From Paramecium tetraurelia (taxonomy: Eukaryota), in the NCBI GenBank assembly GCA_000165425.1, contig CT868053.1:62001-126000 (forward strand): a DNA stretch of 64,000 nucleotides. The letters are read 5' to 3'. The notes under the pieces were generated by a model. The model saw only the letters and a program-made list of their open reading frames with translations. It searched no databases and had not been told where the DNA came from. The position numbers and the translations under genes were made by a program. Shown here one piece after another: positions 39,402-53,325 of the stretch; position 1 is the stretch's first letter; every line of letters starts with the position of its first letter.

Positions 39402-41443
39402 TCACATTCTTAATTTCAAAAACATTCTCTTGAACATTCTTGCTTCATAAGATACTGTATGCTTCTCATCCATCTATTCCAGAGGATTGATCACCTAAAT
39501 ATTAATTATTGGAATTACAGAAGGTATGGCCTTTGCCAAAGGAATCTGCTGCATCCAAGGAAATCCAGCATTTCACGTGTAAGAGGTATCTTTTAATATG
39601 ATCATATGTTTTGCCAAGACTTCAATAAGTGCAAGAAAACATCGCTTTGCGTAATACCAGGTGTCTGTGTTAATCTAATTGGAATATTTCAATAGACTAC
39701 TTTTTTATTATAAGGTTCCAATGACTTGATTACTCTAGACACTCCAAACTCATAATTGTTTTTTGAACAATACAGTGTTCCAATAACTAAATTGACGATG
39801 CAAAGATGATAAACAGATTTTTCAGGCTCCTAGTATTGTGATTTTTATTCCTCAGCCTCTAATTTTCGCATCAATTCTTCAGCATCCTCATTTTAATTAA
39901 CCATAATGTAACTGACACATAAATTAGCAATAACAATAGCAGTTAATGATAGTAAATTATCATTATTTTTCTTAACAATTGGTTCATAATATCTAATAGC
40001 CTCTCTATATTTATTATCTTAAACAAAAAACACATGAGCGACATTCAATTTCCAAACCTCGTGATCAGCACAAAACTCTGCTGACTATCGAAATAGCTTT
40101 TCAACTTGTTAATAATTATCCTTATCCCAATAGATTTTGGCTTAAGCCATCAACACAGGAATGTATTTCTCAAGACATTCATCAAACTCCTTCAATGATT
40201 TCTTGATACCCTCATTGTCTCTATTTAGTCTAGCATCTTAAATAGATTTTGTAATTCTCCTTAGAGTGTCAATGTGCTTATTAGCTAATAATTAGAATTT
40301 CCTGAATGATTCCTCTGGACTACTGGCTGTTAAGATTAGAGCATCGACAAATTCAAAATCGTCTTGACTGATGGTGTTAAATGTGAGATCAGCATTCTCT
40401 GCTAAGATGTCTGCAGCCATATCAAAATATCCGTATTTGCAATACAATAGTAATAAGTTTGAAAAGGTCTCAGGTGGAAATGGAGGATTCTATAATAAAT
40501 GGTTCAACTTTTTGAATCCTTCAGCTGTTTTCTCTTCAATATTCATCAAAGCTTGATTCATCAAAGAGACTGGATCTAATTCATCTTCTTCTCTTGGAGG
40601 CATATCGATTAGAGCTTCTTTGGCAGCTGCATAGTTTTTAATTGAATATTCAATAGCAGCCTTCAAATTAAAGGCTTCGATAAGGGCTGACTCCTTCAAT
40701 GCTTATGAATTTCCAACACTTTTGACTTCAATTCCTTCCGCATTTGATCCAACACCCAATTGAGGATGCTCTCTAACTCCCCTTTCAATAATTTCTGCAA
40801 TGAATTTCAATGACTATGCCAATTACTTTTATTTATAATAGCAAAGTGCAATGTTGTATGACAATTCACATGAATAGCCTGTCAGATTCATTGCATCTTG
40901 AAATCTTTGTCTAGCCTCTTCAAATTTGTTCTCTTTGTACAGAATGCAAGCCTCGTTGATTATTGAATCAGGGTCATCCATGTCATTTTATTTGAGTAAG
41001 GTTTTGGCATGCTGGAACTCATTCTTCTCGTATCGAATCAAGGCTTGGAGCTACAAGATTTTACCCTAATATTGAGGGTTTTCAACAGAAGCACAAGTTT
41101 TGAGTGCCTCGTCATATAAACCTATATTTGAAAATAGCATTATAGATTACTATCTTTGTAATACGCTTAGGCCAAATAGATTTTGTAGTCATCAATTTCT
41201 GGATAATACTTGACTAATTGTTCATAACTAGATGAGATAGTATGATATATACATTGCCACAGCTTGGGAGAAATCTTGATTCATATAATGACAATATGCC
41301 AAGAGGGAAAGAGCTCTGCTTTTCGGACAAAATTGTAATTCGTAGTTCAAATAATTGATGGCATCTTTATATTTCTAGTCCTTAATTAAAGTATAAATGG
41401 TTCTTGTGCGTTATCCTTCTGCAATAGGTTGGACCGGTTGCAT
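39402..41443 (-). CDS. IFT70: intraflagellar transport protein IFT70/TTC30 (TPR)
   Basis: TIYTLIKD, EAFNLKAAIEY, DMPPREEDELDPVSLMNQAL, PFPPETFSNLLLLYCKY, HLCIVNLVIGTLYC and WYYAKRC. Apparent 3x1-nt insertions lie near the 3' end. Confidence 0.92.
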
Positions 41444-41556
41444 TTTTATATTTGAAATGATAATAATAATTATATAAATAATTAGTAATCACTTTATCAT
41501 TTGCATTATTTCTTTTTTAAATAACTTAATTTTTGAGTGTTCATTATGATATTAAT

Positions 41557-42623
41557 ATGTTTTGTGGATCTTCATTATAATATAAAAACAATCCATATTA
41601 TTAAAATCATAGACAATTCAAGACCGTTTCACAAAGATTTCAAAATGAAAACTAGTTCGTGTTATTCAACATATAAGAAACTGATACTTTATCTAACTCC
41701 CCTTATCTAACTACCCTGAAACCAGAGAGTTAATTTATGTCCTACTTTTGAAAGATTGATTTTAGAATTCTAATTTATAATCAAAGGATGGGTTAAGGGT
41801 TGATTCTCTCGAAAGGAGAGAGTATAAACGAATAATCGTATATTCCGTTTAATCTAACCTACTTAATTTGCTAATTTGAATAATTTATAATGGCATATCT
41901 CGATTAATTTTTATACTAGAAATGTAAGAATATCTCAAATCAGGAAGGTCATTGCATTTTGCTTAATAATAAGATGAATTCCTCAATAAAAAATACTCTG
42001 AGTTCGACCCAGCATCTTTTCTCAATAACTTTGATGCCTTACCCGATAAAAATTTGAGGTTCAAAACTGAAAGCATTTCTCTATTGACCAAATAAGCGGA
42101 TTAGAAAAAAGAAATGCAAAAAATAACTGATCCCAAAATTCTAGTCCTCCCTAAAATTAATTCCAAGTTCATTCGAGATGAAGCTGTTGAGGAAGTGTAC
42201 TTCTTACCTGAAACGAAATAGAATTACTCAAAAGCAAATCGACTGATTTTATCTAATAACATGCTATAACCCTCTACGTATAGGATTAGCAAATCCTCCA
42301 GAAATCTTAATTAACTATAGGCCAAAAAAAAAAGAGTTGAATTCAATACTGCTTTGGAAATTGTGGATTTTGAAGGAAGAGTTAGCACTGAAATAATATC
42401 TCCTGAGTAATAAGCTTTTAAAAAATCAGCAAGATTTTCAAGACTCAAAACTCTTGAATGCTGAAAAATTTGCAAAATATTATATAATTTATTTTCTTTC
42501 ATATAATTGATTGGTTGATTCACTTTAACTCAGCATTTAAGTATGTCAGTGATGAATTCAATAGAGAAATTAAATCAACAGTTTGAATTATCAAGTGTCA
42601 GAAGAATCTTCAAATTTTAATGA
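41557..42623 (+). CDS. hypothetical protein
   Basis: Code-6 open frame with one 20-nt intron (about 41924-41943). ATG and TGA are in consistent phase. Confidence 0.6.
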
Positions 42624-42963
42624 ACTCTTTAATTAAATTAAATATTTATAATCTTAGATAGTTTAGTTTTCTTCTAGCAGATTGCAAAATATTTAATATG
42701 AATTACTTAAAAATTCAACATTTAACCAACTATAGTATTTTATATTTCTTAAGTTGTTTGTTCTACAGATTTTGTTGTTAAACATAATTTGAACCATCAA
42801 CTTTATATTTATGTTAGTTTGAAATATAAAGAATACTTATTCTTTTTATAATAAGAGAATAAGAAATTGGGATATCATTTATATATATATATATATGATA
42901 TTTGAAACAAATAAAAATAAATAATTAAAATTCAAATTTATATAATTTTAACATATTACAATT

Positions 42964-45847
42964 TCAACCGTAACTTGGCCTCTTTTTAGCTTAGGATGAA
43001 TTGCTAGGTCCATCTGATTAATTTATGAGAGATTTAACTCTGACATTCATAATACTGAACTATGGTCCAAATAGACCCAAGAATATTGGCAGTAATACTA
43101 AACCCTAGAAATAGTTTGATAATAATTTACATTAAAAGCACCCAAAACGACCATCAAAATGTACATTCTGAAATAGTAAAGTTTAAAAAGAGTAGATGGA
43201 GCAAATCCAAGGACAGCCACTCCGATGAATTTAGTGCAAGCAATGCCTACGAAGACTGAAGTTCCCATAGTTGACATAGCTCCAGTAACTCTCTCCCATC
43301 TTTTACCGTCACACAATCTGAATTTGATAACAATATGAGCTACAAACTCAACAGCAAGACCTATACAAGTAACCAAGTTAACAACACTCACTGCATTAAT
43401 TTCAATCTACAATAAGAAAATATGATTACCACAAAACCTCCGAAGATAACATTGGTTAGCCAGATAGTTCCAATGAGATTGAATGCAATCAAAAACACAA
43501 ACAACACCACTATGATAGCACAAACAACATCTTAAACAAGTGTCATAGTGAAGAAGATAGTGGCTAAGGCAAGGAGCACATTTGTTATAGCAACAGCACG
43601 AATGTAGGAATATTGATCGTAGAAAACATATGGCATTGAATAAGGATAGACCTTCTGATTTTCTTTAAGATTGGCATCCTTAACTACTTTATCAATGACT
43701 TGTCTGGTTTATTCTAAGGATAGTATATATCCTGCTGAATTATGAATAGGTCTATGTTAAAATCTGAGTCTACTGGTTTTGACATAACCTTATTCATTCA
43801 ATACGATATCAGCTTCGAAAGTTTCACCGCAAATACCGAATCTTTGACAACATGGAGAATTGATTCTGACTCCCAAGAATCTCTTCAATTGAGTAGGTAA
43901 GTCATAGAGTGCAATATCCTATGTTTCACAAGCTTATGTCCATTCTGCCTTCTCTCTAATAAAGAGGTTGAAAGATGCCACCCAACTGTAAATGGGAGGT
44001 TGAACTGTTTCATTCAATTAAGATAATGAATTGGACAAATTGGCAACCAATTCTAGATCATGTTGATTTTAATAATCTAGATTCTCTAAAATTAAATAAG
44101 CCAAAGGTCCGATTTCAATGTACTTCTTCTCCAGAGTCATATAATTGAATAGATTTGATCCTTCAACCATTGACACTTATTCATCTAAACCAACCTCTAA
44201 TTTGGTTATTCCCACACAACTGATGGCAAATAAGGCTACAAAGATGACTATAGTAGTAATCACACAGGCTGGTTTCTATATAAATGGAGAGTAGTGTTTT
44301 TTGAAGAATGTTTGAATCAGCTTTCTGTCTTCTTTGATTGCATAATTTGGGTCCTATTTGCAAATCATTAAATCGTATCTTTTGTGCTTCTTTCTTTATT
44401 CATCCAAGGTGAGGAAGGCCACAAACATAGTGATTTACAACAGATAATCAATAAATACACCGACTGCTGCTTAAATGCAGAAGGATTATAGTGCTGGCAT
44501 CTTGGTTAATGAACCTACTAAGAAAGCGAGTGTCTCACAAATGGCTGCGATTGTGATACTGGGACCTACTTACTTTAATGTATGTCCCATTCTCTCAGGC
44601 ACAGTTGGATGCTTCTACTTTTTGTAGTTGTGAGTAATGATGAACATGTTGTCAACTCCGATAGCCAAAATAAGGAAAGGAATAACCTTGCATATTAGTA
44701 TCACTTACTTCTAAACTGATCATTGTCAAACCGATGCTGAAGTAGGAGACCATTCCGATACTGCTGATCATGGAGACAGCCACTATGAAGATACCACCCA
44801 AACCCAATGTAAATCCGTTATAGATCTTACTTGGAAATTGACCAATGGCAAAACCAATATACATAAACATCATAAAGTAGGAAACAACTACAATCCAAGC
44901 ATTTTGATTGGTCTCATCATCTATTTCATCTGAGACTGATCTCTCTGCCATAAATGCCACTCTATATTGGTCTAACAGTTATTCACGAGGAGCAGGCATT
45001 AAGGTTTTATCGTAGTACTTGTATAGTTTAGCATATTCTCTCTTATTCAAGGCATCCAAAGTATCCATCCAAACTTCCTTCTCCCACTATTCAGCATCTT
45101 TCTTGGTGAATTCATCGTTCATCAATAAATAAGTTACTGCCATAGTCTTGGCTTGTATGTAACAATGGTCACATGGCTGAGTGTCATTTGCTCTTTCTTC
45201 ACAATCTCTAGTTTTGTTTATACATCATTGTATACATTCCACCAAATACTGATTCCAAAATAATGGGAATTCCATTCTTGTCACTGCAAGGGATATTCGT
45301 TTGGTTCACATCAATTGATTCTGTGCACAGAGTTGTGAATTGAATGTCCTCGTCTTTCTATTATAGTAATATTATTATCTAACTTCTAATAGGGAAGGAT
45401 CCTGTAACCATATATCCATTGGACTTGGCACATAGCACCCTTTTGCAGATATTGGTCTGTAGCACAAATCATCCAGAGTTGTGTTCTTCCCGCCTATCAA
45501 CACCTTTCTGTTTCTTATGATGTTCTATAAAAAGTAGATCACTTTTAATCCATCCTTTTGAAATACATTCACCCAATCCTCATTTTAATATGCCAGTATA
45601 AATTAATTGGTTCTGTAGAAAGGACCATAATTTTCTGCAGAACTCTCCTATTCCTGATAGGTTCTGCTGCTTGATGATACCCATAATGCTAAAAAATATT
45701 ATTAAATATTTTAAACTAAGGATCTGTCAACACAGTCAGATTGTATAGTCCCAAGGACATTATGCCTGTCACTGTCATGCAAATCACAAACACTAGACAT
45801 GGATATTTGGCTCCGAAATACCCTATATTATAGAAGAGGCCAGACAT
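42964..45847 (-). CDS. NPC1/Patched-family sterol-sensing RND protein
   Basis: TDPQ|ALWV..YGPFYRTNQ, AERSVSDEI, EVIPFLILAIGVDNMFI, GPSITIAA, NAVSVVNLVTCIGLAVEFVAHI, GTSVFVGIACTKFIGVAVLGFA and YYFRMY. Confidence 0.9.
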
Positions 45848-46388
45848 TAAATCTTATTAAAATAATATTATTGAAAATATTATTATTCATAAATTCCAAT
45901 ATTTAAATCTCATTTATTATTCTTAGATATTTCGAGTTCCACATTCTAAATCAACATATTTACTCACTTAATAATGAATAACTAACTTACTGTTAATCTT
46001 ATAATTCAATCTTCCTATTTTATTTATTTCTATATTAACAACTTTCGTTGAATTCAAAAAATACATTCCAAATACTCTTGTACTAAAATTGTGATCTTTA
46101 CAAGAACGAATGCCTTAATGATTCAGATGATATCTCTAATTATCTGAACCTTAAATTCAGATAGGAAATTTAAGGAAAATTAATCTTATCTTAAATGTTC
46201 TGAATTTCTTATATTACATCACGAGTGGAATTCAATTAAAATAATAATCGGAAAATCATGGAAAATCAATGTTATATTCACAACACAGTTAGCTTAGGAT
46301 CAAGGATTCCAAGTCTATTAATTGTATGAAAACTCATTAAGAACTCACATATATATATATTTGCTATAATAATAATAATTAATAAAAA

Positions 46389-48392
46389 TCATCTTTTAGC
46401 CAAAATTAATTAATGTTTTTAATAAAACTCATTTAACTGTACACAAAAGAATTAATAAGAGAATGAATCTTCATCTACCCTAGAGACACCCATAGCGAAA
46501 TCCATAATATTATTGATCTCCTATATTGATAATTCTGTTAGATCTCGCAGTATTTCAAACAATAATTCCTTGCTTATATTGCCACACTTTATTTTATCGA
46601 AATCTTTCAGTACCAAACAAAGTTGATACACTGCTTTTTCCGATTTCTCATATTCATTCTCTCCTGTTATTTTGAATTGTTAAATTAGATGATACTTCAA
46701 CTTCTCCAATACTTCTCTGTCATCCAGAGGCTTAATCTGGAAGGCTTTATCAGGATCCCTTACAAACTATCCATCCTTATAATTGAAGGTGGGTTCGAGT
46801 TCTTTAAAACTCGGCCCTGGCTTGTCATAAGGGACCAATTGTGGAGCAGGCAACTTGATTTCATCGTTGAACCTGGCTCTAAGTTTCTCAATTAATTCAG
46901 GAAAATAAATCATTCTTAGAGGTTACTGATATGAAGGTTCCTTATTATGCTCTAGAGATTGAATAATCATAGTCACACTAGCTTGATCTACCAATAGCAG
47001 ATCCTCGTTAATGATTTTCCTCAATTAGACTTCATCAATCAATTGATCTGCTTGCATCATCTTCTAAGCCTTGTCCTCATACCTTAATAAAATGGATAAC
47101 ATAATTGATTTGAAAAGAGTTTGGTAAGCCTTCTCCAAATCAGTTAATTCTGTTTAGTCATGCTTCTCAAAGTTTTCTTGAACCAAAGTTTGCAAGAACT
47201 CCTAAACCTTTAATAACAATTACTATTGCTTGGAAAGTGTAAACAACCCATGATTAGCTAAGTAATATCTGAATTCATTAAAATCTAGTTAAGTGTATCC
47301 GATTTCTAAGGATCGAATTACTATCTTCAAATTTTCTAGGGTGCACAACCCATCACTTTAGAAAGGCTTGAATGCTTAAGCAAGCATATTTGTGGTATAT
47401 TTGCTTGCCATTTCTTGAAATTCCTTTAAGATCTTGGGTAATTGCATTATTTCAAGATGAGGTTGTTTTGCATCATACATTTTGATGATTTCCTTGAAAT
47501 ACAGTGGTCTACACTCCATGATAAAGTGAACAAATGTCAGAAGATTGAATTCTCCAAAATTGTTTCTCTTCCAAATCAAGTAATACAACAGACAGGATTC
47601 ATCATAAGTCATTTCTACATTGTACAATTTGACTTTTATCAGTTATATGAATTGGTCTTTCATAAGAAACGGAAACATTTTTTAATTTCTTCTGATGCCC
47701 AAGAAATCAAATAGAGCCATTTCGATTTTCTCAGGAGCTATAAATTAGAAGGCCAATTAAGGTAAGGCTTGAACTGATATCTTTTTGGCAATTAAAATTT
47801 GGAAATTCTCCAAAATGATATTATTATTGTGTCTGGAGAAGTTAGCCATCTTCTCTTGAACAACGTCATCGAACATTATATTAACTGCATTTGAACTCAA
47901 CAATTCTAAATCCAATAAATTCAAATTAAAATGTTTGAAATCATAGATGGCTTTACGATCAAAGTAATTTGAGACTTCCTCTTCAAAATGCTTCTGAATT
48001 TCTTCCAAGAATAATTTATTTGAAGCTGAATTCTACTTCTATCTAATAATTGCATTCTTGAACACATGGAATGAATTCTTTGGTGCTTCACACTCCGTTA
48101 AATACTTGTACAATTCCCTATAATCGATATTCCTATTGGAACTATAAGGAGCTTCTTTCAATATGCTTGCAATATCAAACTCTGTAAAATAGAATTAACT
48201 TTTTGAAACTTCAACCAACACATCTCTCAATACCTTCTCTTGAATAGTACCATCTTTGAATTGATCATATCGAAAACATAATTCTATGAAATCAAACTTA
48301 CAATAGTAGATGTACTCCCTCAGCACCTGCATGCCCTCGCTTAGAAATTCGGGGTGATGCAGCTTGTAATACTTATCCAAGTTATCAGTCAT
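46389..48392 (-). CDS. hypothetical EF-hand-containing protein
   Basis: Long code-6 frame. EF-hand-like YDQFKDGTIQE and LKDFDKIKCGNISKELLFEIL..VDEDSFS. Confidence 0.65.
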
Positions 48393-48413
48393 TTTTATTT
48401 TATTTAATATTTA

Positions 48414-49901
48414 ATGTTTTTTACCTTTTTATTGATTACGCGTCTAGCACTTTCAATAAACATTAAGGATATTTATCACTCCAATATTGATAACTATTAT
48501 ATACATCAAAATCAATTAAGTACTATTTTGACTCTCCCAGAGGCGAGAAAAATATCTATAATCTAATTATAGGAACAATCAATATGCAATGCCAAAGAAA
48601 GAACGTTAGGATTTCATACTTAGTTATATCAACAATTTGATGAAAATCAATACTTGCTTGCCTTAATTCAACTTACCCCAAGTTCCTATTTAATATTTTC
48701 CTCAAATAATCGTCTCATTTACAGTGACAGTGATACAGCTTAGCACCACTAATTTTCAATGGATAGCAGTCAATAAATCTCAATGATAAAATTAGATTTG
48801 GATGTTCTCATTCTTTCAAACACTCAAGCCTACCTTTTGGAACTGGAAACCTTAGCTACCAGATCAGTAATCTATCGAGAAGTCAAAGATTGGCAATAAC
48901 GGGCTTATCGAAGATTGACAAAATTGATTCGTATTTAAAATAAATAGTTTTTGCTATCAGCCATCGGAGAAGAAGGATTAGAACTCTACAGTGTTGAGGG
49001 CAGAAACATCACGTTCATCAAGTAATTCCAGACCTACAAAAACATAGTTGATTTCGCTGAAGTGAATAACAATGTCTACATCCTAGACTCTGAACAAGGC
49101 CTTATTTGGTGTTACGTTGAATCCGCCAATCTCACTACTCAAATCACAAAAATCGATAACATGCAGGGAGGAATTGCTGTTGACTCTTACAACGGAGTCA
49201 ATGTCTTCGTGGCCTATAAGTGGGTACGCTATGCAGTTGTTGAATACATTGTAAATCAGACATCTAAATATTGGTATAAACATAATATGATTTACACAAA
49301 AAAGATCTATGACGTAGATGCCCTAGCTGACTTTGCAATAATTTAAGGACAATATCACCATCTAGTTTTGTTCAATTATCACTTATCTGACGAGAACACC
49401 TACCTTAGACACTTTCGTCTATCGGACTTCCAAGTGTATTATCACGAAGATAAAATTTATTTTAGTGGCATAACATCAAAGTCCTATGTATTCTCCGAAC
49501 TTTACGTTCTGCCTGCCTAAATCATTTGCTTTTCCAGTCACACACCAGTTAGCTTCTCATATACTTTATAATATATCGAGTAGATTACTAAAAGTAAATA
49601 CCAAAGACATCATCAAACGATTTAGATTAGGGTTGTTGACACCTATGTTTATGAAGATTAGGCATTTTTGGTAGTCTTAGGCTGTTTGTTGTTTCTAATT
49701 CTCTTTATTTTGCTTTTAGGTTTTTTGATAAAAAAAAATAAATCTATGTAAGCATAAACCCAGGAGTTAGAAAATATTATTTAAACCAAATATAAATAGG
49801 ATGTGCTCAAAAAAGAAGATGATCCTCCTTAGATCATACAATCGAACTTAATGAGTGTTAGAGAATCAAAAGATATAGAACATTTGAATATTTAATAGTG
49901 A
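48414..49901 (+). CDS. type I membrane protein with beta-rich (propeller-like) ectodomain, paralog 1
   Basis: Signal-like MFFLPFLLITRLALS, GGIAVDSYNGVNVFVAY..IYDVDALADFAIIQG, and a single TM AFLVVLGCLLFLISLFLLLGFLI followed by KK. Confidence 0.7.
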
Positions 49902-49911
49902 ATTAATTTTT

Positions 49912-51653
49912 ATGAACTTTTTATTGATTTCTTTGATCACCCAATTCACGAGATACTCGTTGGCATTCACTATAACTGAGGTCGAAGAGCCTCTAACTTC
50001 CATTAAAATACATGCGAATGAGCATCGGACATTGAATTTAGATGATGCCAGAGATGCAATTCTATTATCATATAATCATAGCAGAGGTTGTGAAGTAACC
50101 CCATTGCAACTCCAATTCGAAACTCAAGAATTCAGGATCATTCAACCATATGATTTTACAGAAAAGGATTTTGAATCAGACACTATTCTCAACTTTCGTT
50201 AATTTGTGTCGATGGTTCATATAAAAGACGGCATGTTGGCAATCACTTCAGATTCAGTTGCCTATCTTCTTAAATTTAATTACAATACTGTTTTCGAACA
50301 TGATTTTGAAGAGAAGGGATAAAAGTTTGCTAGAATTTTATGGAAAGCAGATCTTCAGACTATTGCACCGTCTTTGGTTGCTAAGAATGAATTACCGCAA
50401 TTATTGTTCTCTCCTTCTACCAATCTAGCATTTTTACTCTTTAGTGATACTGCTCAGTTGTTTAGCATGGAACAAATGGAATCACAAACCACATCACTTG
50501 ATGTTTACCAAGTGACTGATTGGAGAAAGAGAGGATACAGAGGATTAACCAAAGAGATTGACGGATTAGTATTTAGTGCAGTTGGTAGAGATGGCTTAGA
50601 TGTTTATAAGATAGTGTAAAAAGATCTAAGATTTATTAAGAATCTCAAATTAAAGGATTTTGGTTTGAATTCTACGATTGAGATAGTTGATTTTGCTATT
50701 GTAAAGCATGGGACTGCGGATGGATATTACTCAATGTTTTTATTGGATAGGGAGTGTGGATTATTGTTGATAGATGTTCATAGAGATCAGTATGTGAATT
50801 TTGGATTAAGATCTTGGATTAACTTTTAATCTGGAGGAATATCAGTTGATACCCGAAATGGTAGAAATGTATTTATGGCCTATTAATCCATGAATCACCA
50901 TTATGTACTTGAATACTATGTTGATTTAGATAATGGAAATTCGTTTTCAATTAGAAAAAAGAGGATAGATAACAGAATTATCGATTTGGATGCCACCGAT
51001 GATTTTGTCATCGTATAAGGTGTCAATTAACATTTAATTCTATTTTCAAATGGATATGATTATGTTATGAATAATCATTAAGATCAAGTGTTTAAACATT
51101 TGGGTTTACGAGATTTTGCTTTCTTTAATCAATCTTACAAATTGGAAGATATGGATGATATCAAAAAAGAATACCAATATGATGATTTCTTTTTTGGGAT
51201 CACTGCTTAGAGTGCATTTCTGACTAGATTCTAGATGCAGCCTATTAAATTGAAGTGTTTCTATCATTAATCTGATGGTATAGTAATTGATAATATTAAG
51301 TTGGGCAATCTTTTACGTATATTCTGCAATATAATACAACAGTGGAAGGTGTTTCAGATCTGGTAGTCAGACACACACAAATGGTGAATATTGAGATTAT
51401 AAAGACATACTTCTATGAAGCAGAGTATTACTTATTGTATTCGGTTTGTTTCTTGTTGGGATCAGTGTTGTTGATGGGGTTGGGATATGTGGGCTATTGG
51501 TTTTATAGTAACTAAAGGTAACATCAGATTTTGGTGGAATATATTGAGAAAACAGCTCGGGAGAAGGGCATAAAGTAGATCAATGGATCAACTTTGTAGA
51601 AGGGAGATGAAACTTCAGTATTTTAATAATAAAATAAATCTATGTTACCCTGA
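49912..51653 (+). CDS. type I membrane protein with beta-rich (propeller-like) ectodomain, paralog 2
   Basis: Signal-like MNFLLISLITQFTRYSLA, VFSAVGRDGLDVY, GGISVDTRNGRNVFMAY..IIDLDATDDFVIVQG, and a single C-terminal TM. Confidence 0.75.
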
Positions 51654-51675
51654 TAAAATTCAATAACTATATAAC

Positions 51676-53277
51676 TCATTTAATTTAAAATTTAGTTAGC
51701 CTTATTAATCCGATGTTTACTTTTTTTCATGTATCAAAGAGAAATCTATGTTCGTATTTCCATTCATTATTTTACTTCTAGTTAGACACATCTCCATCAT
51801 GTAATCTAATAAACTGAACACATCATTCTCTTTAGCACTTTGTAACACTTGTTTGGAGATGCTGATCACTCTCTCCTTGATTATCTTTTCGACTGAAATT
51901 AGTTAATTTAAACCTAAATCTCCACCTTCAATAAATTAAGAAAAGTCAGCAGATAATCTAAGATTGGACAGTAATCCTATGCGATCAAAATACTGCATTG
52001 TGTTTTGAAATAATTCCGATGCCAATTGACTTTCCTGTTACAATTGACTGATAAATCGAATGTATTCTGCTGTCCTTTTGTACTGTTCGAATAAGGCAAG
52101 AACATTGGACTATAGCAATTTAAATGAGTTGGATGTAAATTTGGCAGACAACAAACATAGCATTTCGAAATGCATCTCCTTCTTTTAGTATTGAGCAATG
52201 CTTGAAATATGCTAGGTCATTTCCACATTAACAAAATGAGAAAAATTGATTTACATCCTTTATAAATTATAGTTATTCAATTGACACAGAAATTTCTAGG
52301 AAGAAGCATCGCTCTATTGAATTTATTGAGACAAAGGTTGAGGTTAGACTAAAGGTTAAGATTAAGGTTAAGGTTAATCCAATATGTAACTACCATTCAT
52401 ATTTGCATTAAATTGAATAGCTCCTAAATTCTATTCTGATTCAAACATGGCAAACAATTCTGCCCATTCCATTCGCTTGCTCTCTTCTTTCTCCAAAGCT
52501 CTGCTCAAAAAACCCTTTCCAAAATCTGATAACTGAGTGCTAGCTGGAAATCTTAAGGGCTGCTTCATCACATTCATAGTTAAGCTTTTCTCATCTACAC
52601 CTGTCCACGGAGCCATCCCATAAATCATCTCGTAATAGATTACTCCCAAAGACCAAATGTCAGATTTCGTCGTATATTTTTCTCTCTTCAATATTTGAGG
52701 AGCCATGTATAAGGGTGAGCCTACACAGGTTCTCAACAAGTCTCCACTAAAGTTGTCCACTATCTTGGCAAATCCAAAATCTGCTATCTTTACCACACCT
52801 CTATGATTCATTATATTTGCAGGCTTCAAGTCTCGATGTATGATATTTGCTTTTACTAACTCTTTAAAACCACTTGCCAATTAACAGAAAATCTAATTAA
52901 CTTCAGATTCTGGTATACGTCTTCCCTTCATTATATTTCTGAGATCGCCATCTGCACAATACTCTGTTACTATATAGATTGACCGATCCGTATTAAATTT
53001 GTCTATAAACTTCACAATATTAGGATGATCAAGTTACTTCATTATTTGGATCTCGAAGTCTAAAACATTGTCATTCTACATAGATACTTAATGCATCAAT
53101 TAGATATTGATCCTTATTGATCATTGAACTATCTATTTTTTTTATAGCTACTTCCTAGTTTGTAGTCAGCTTACTTCCTCTATAAACTTTACCAAAAGCC
53201 CCTTCTCCCAATAGATATTTGGTGTCAAATTAATAATCTCCCAATCTCCTTACACTTTATTCTAATTACTGCTACAT
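51676..53277 (-). CDS. Ser/Thr protein kinase (ULK/CAMK-like)
   Basis: LGEGAFGKVY, VAIK, HPNIV, HRDLKPAN, DFGFAK, CVGSPLYMAPQIL and DIWSLGVI. Confidence 0.9.
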
Positions 53278-53325
53278 AGTAAATTATAAATTTATATAAT
53301 CATTTCTATAAAATTTTTATTGATT

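Noticed and set aside
39573..39575. In-frame TGA as selenocysteine or readthrough in IFT70
   Set aside because: The downstream conserved peptide is spread over three frames, which points to indels rather than recoding.
45970..46350. Possible small gene or NPC1 N-terminal exon
   Set aside because: Plus-strand frames are broken by TGA and there is no Cys-rich NTD pattern.
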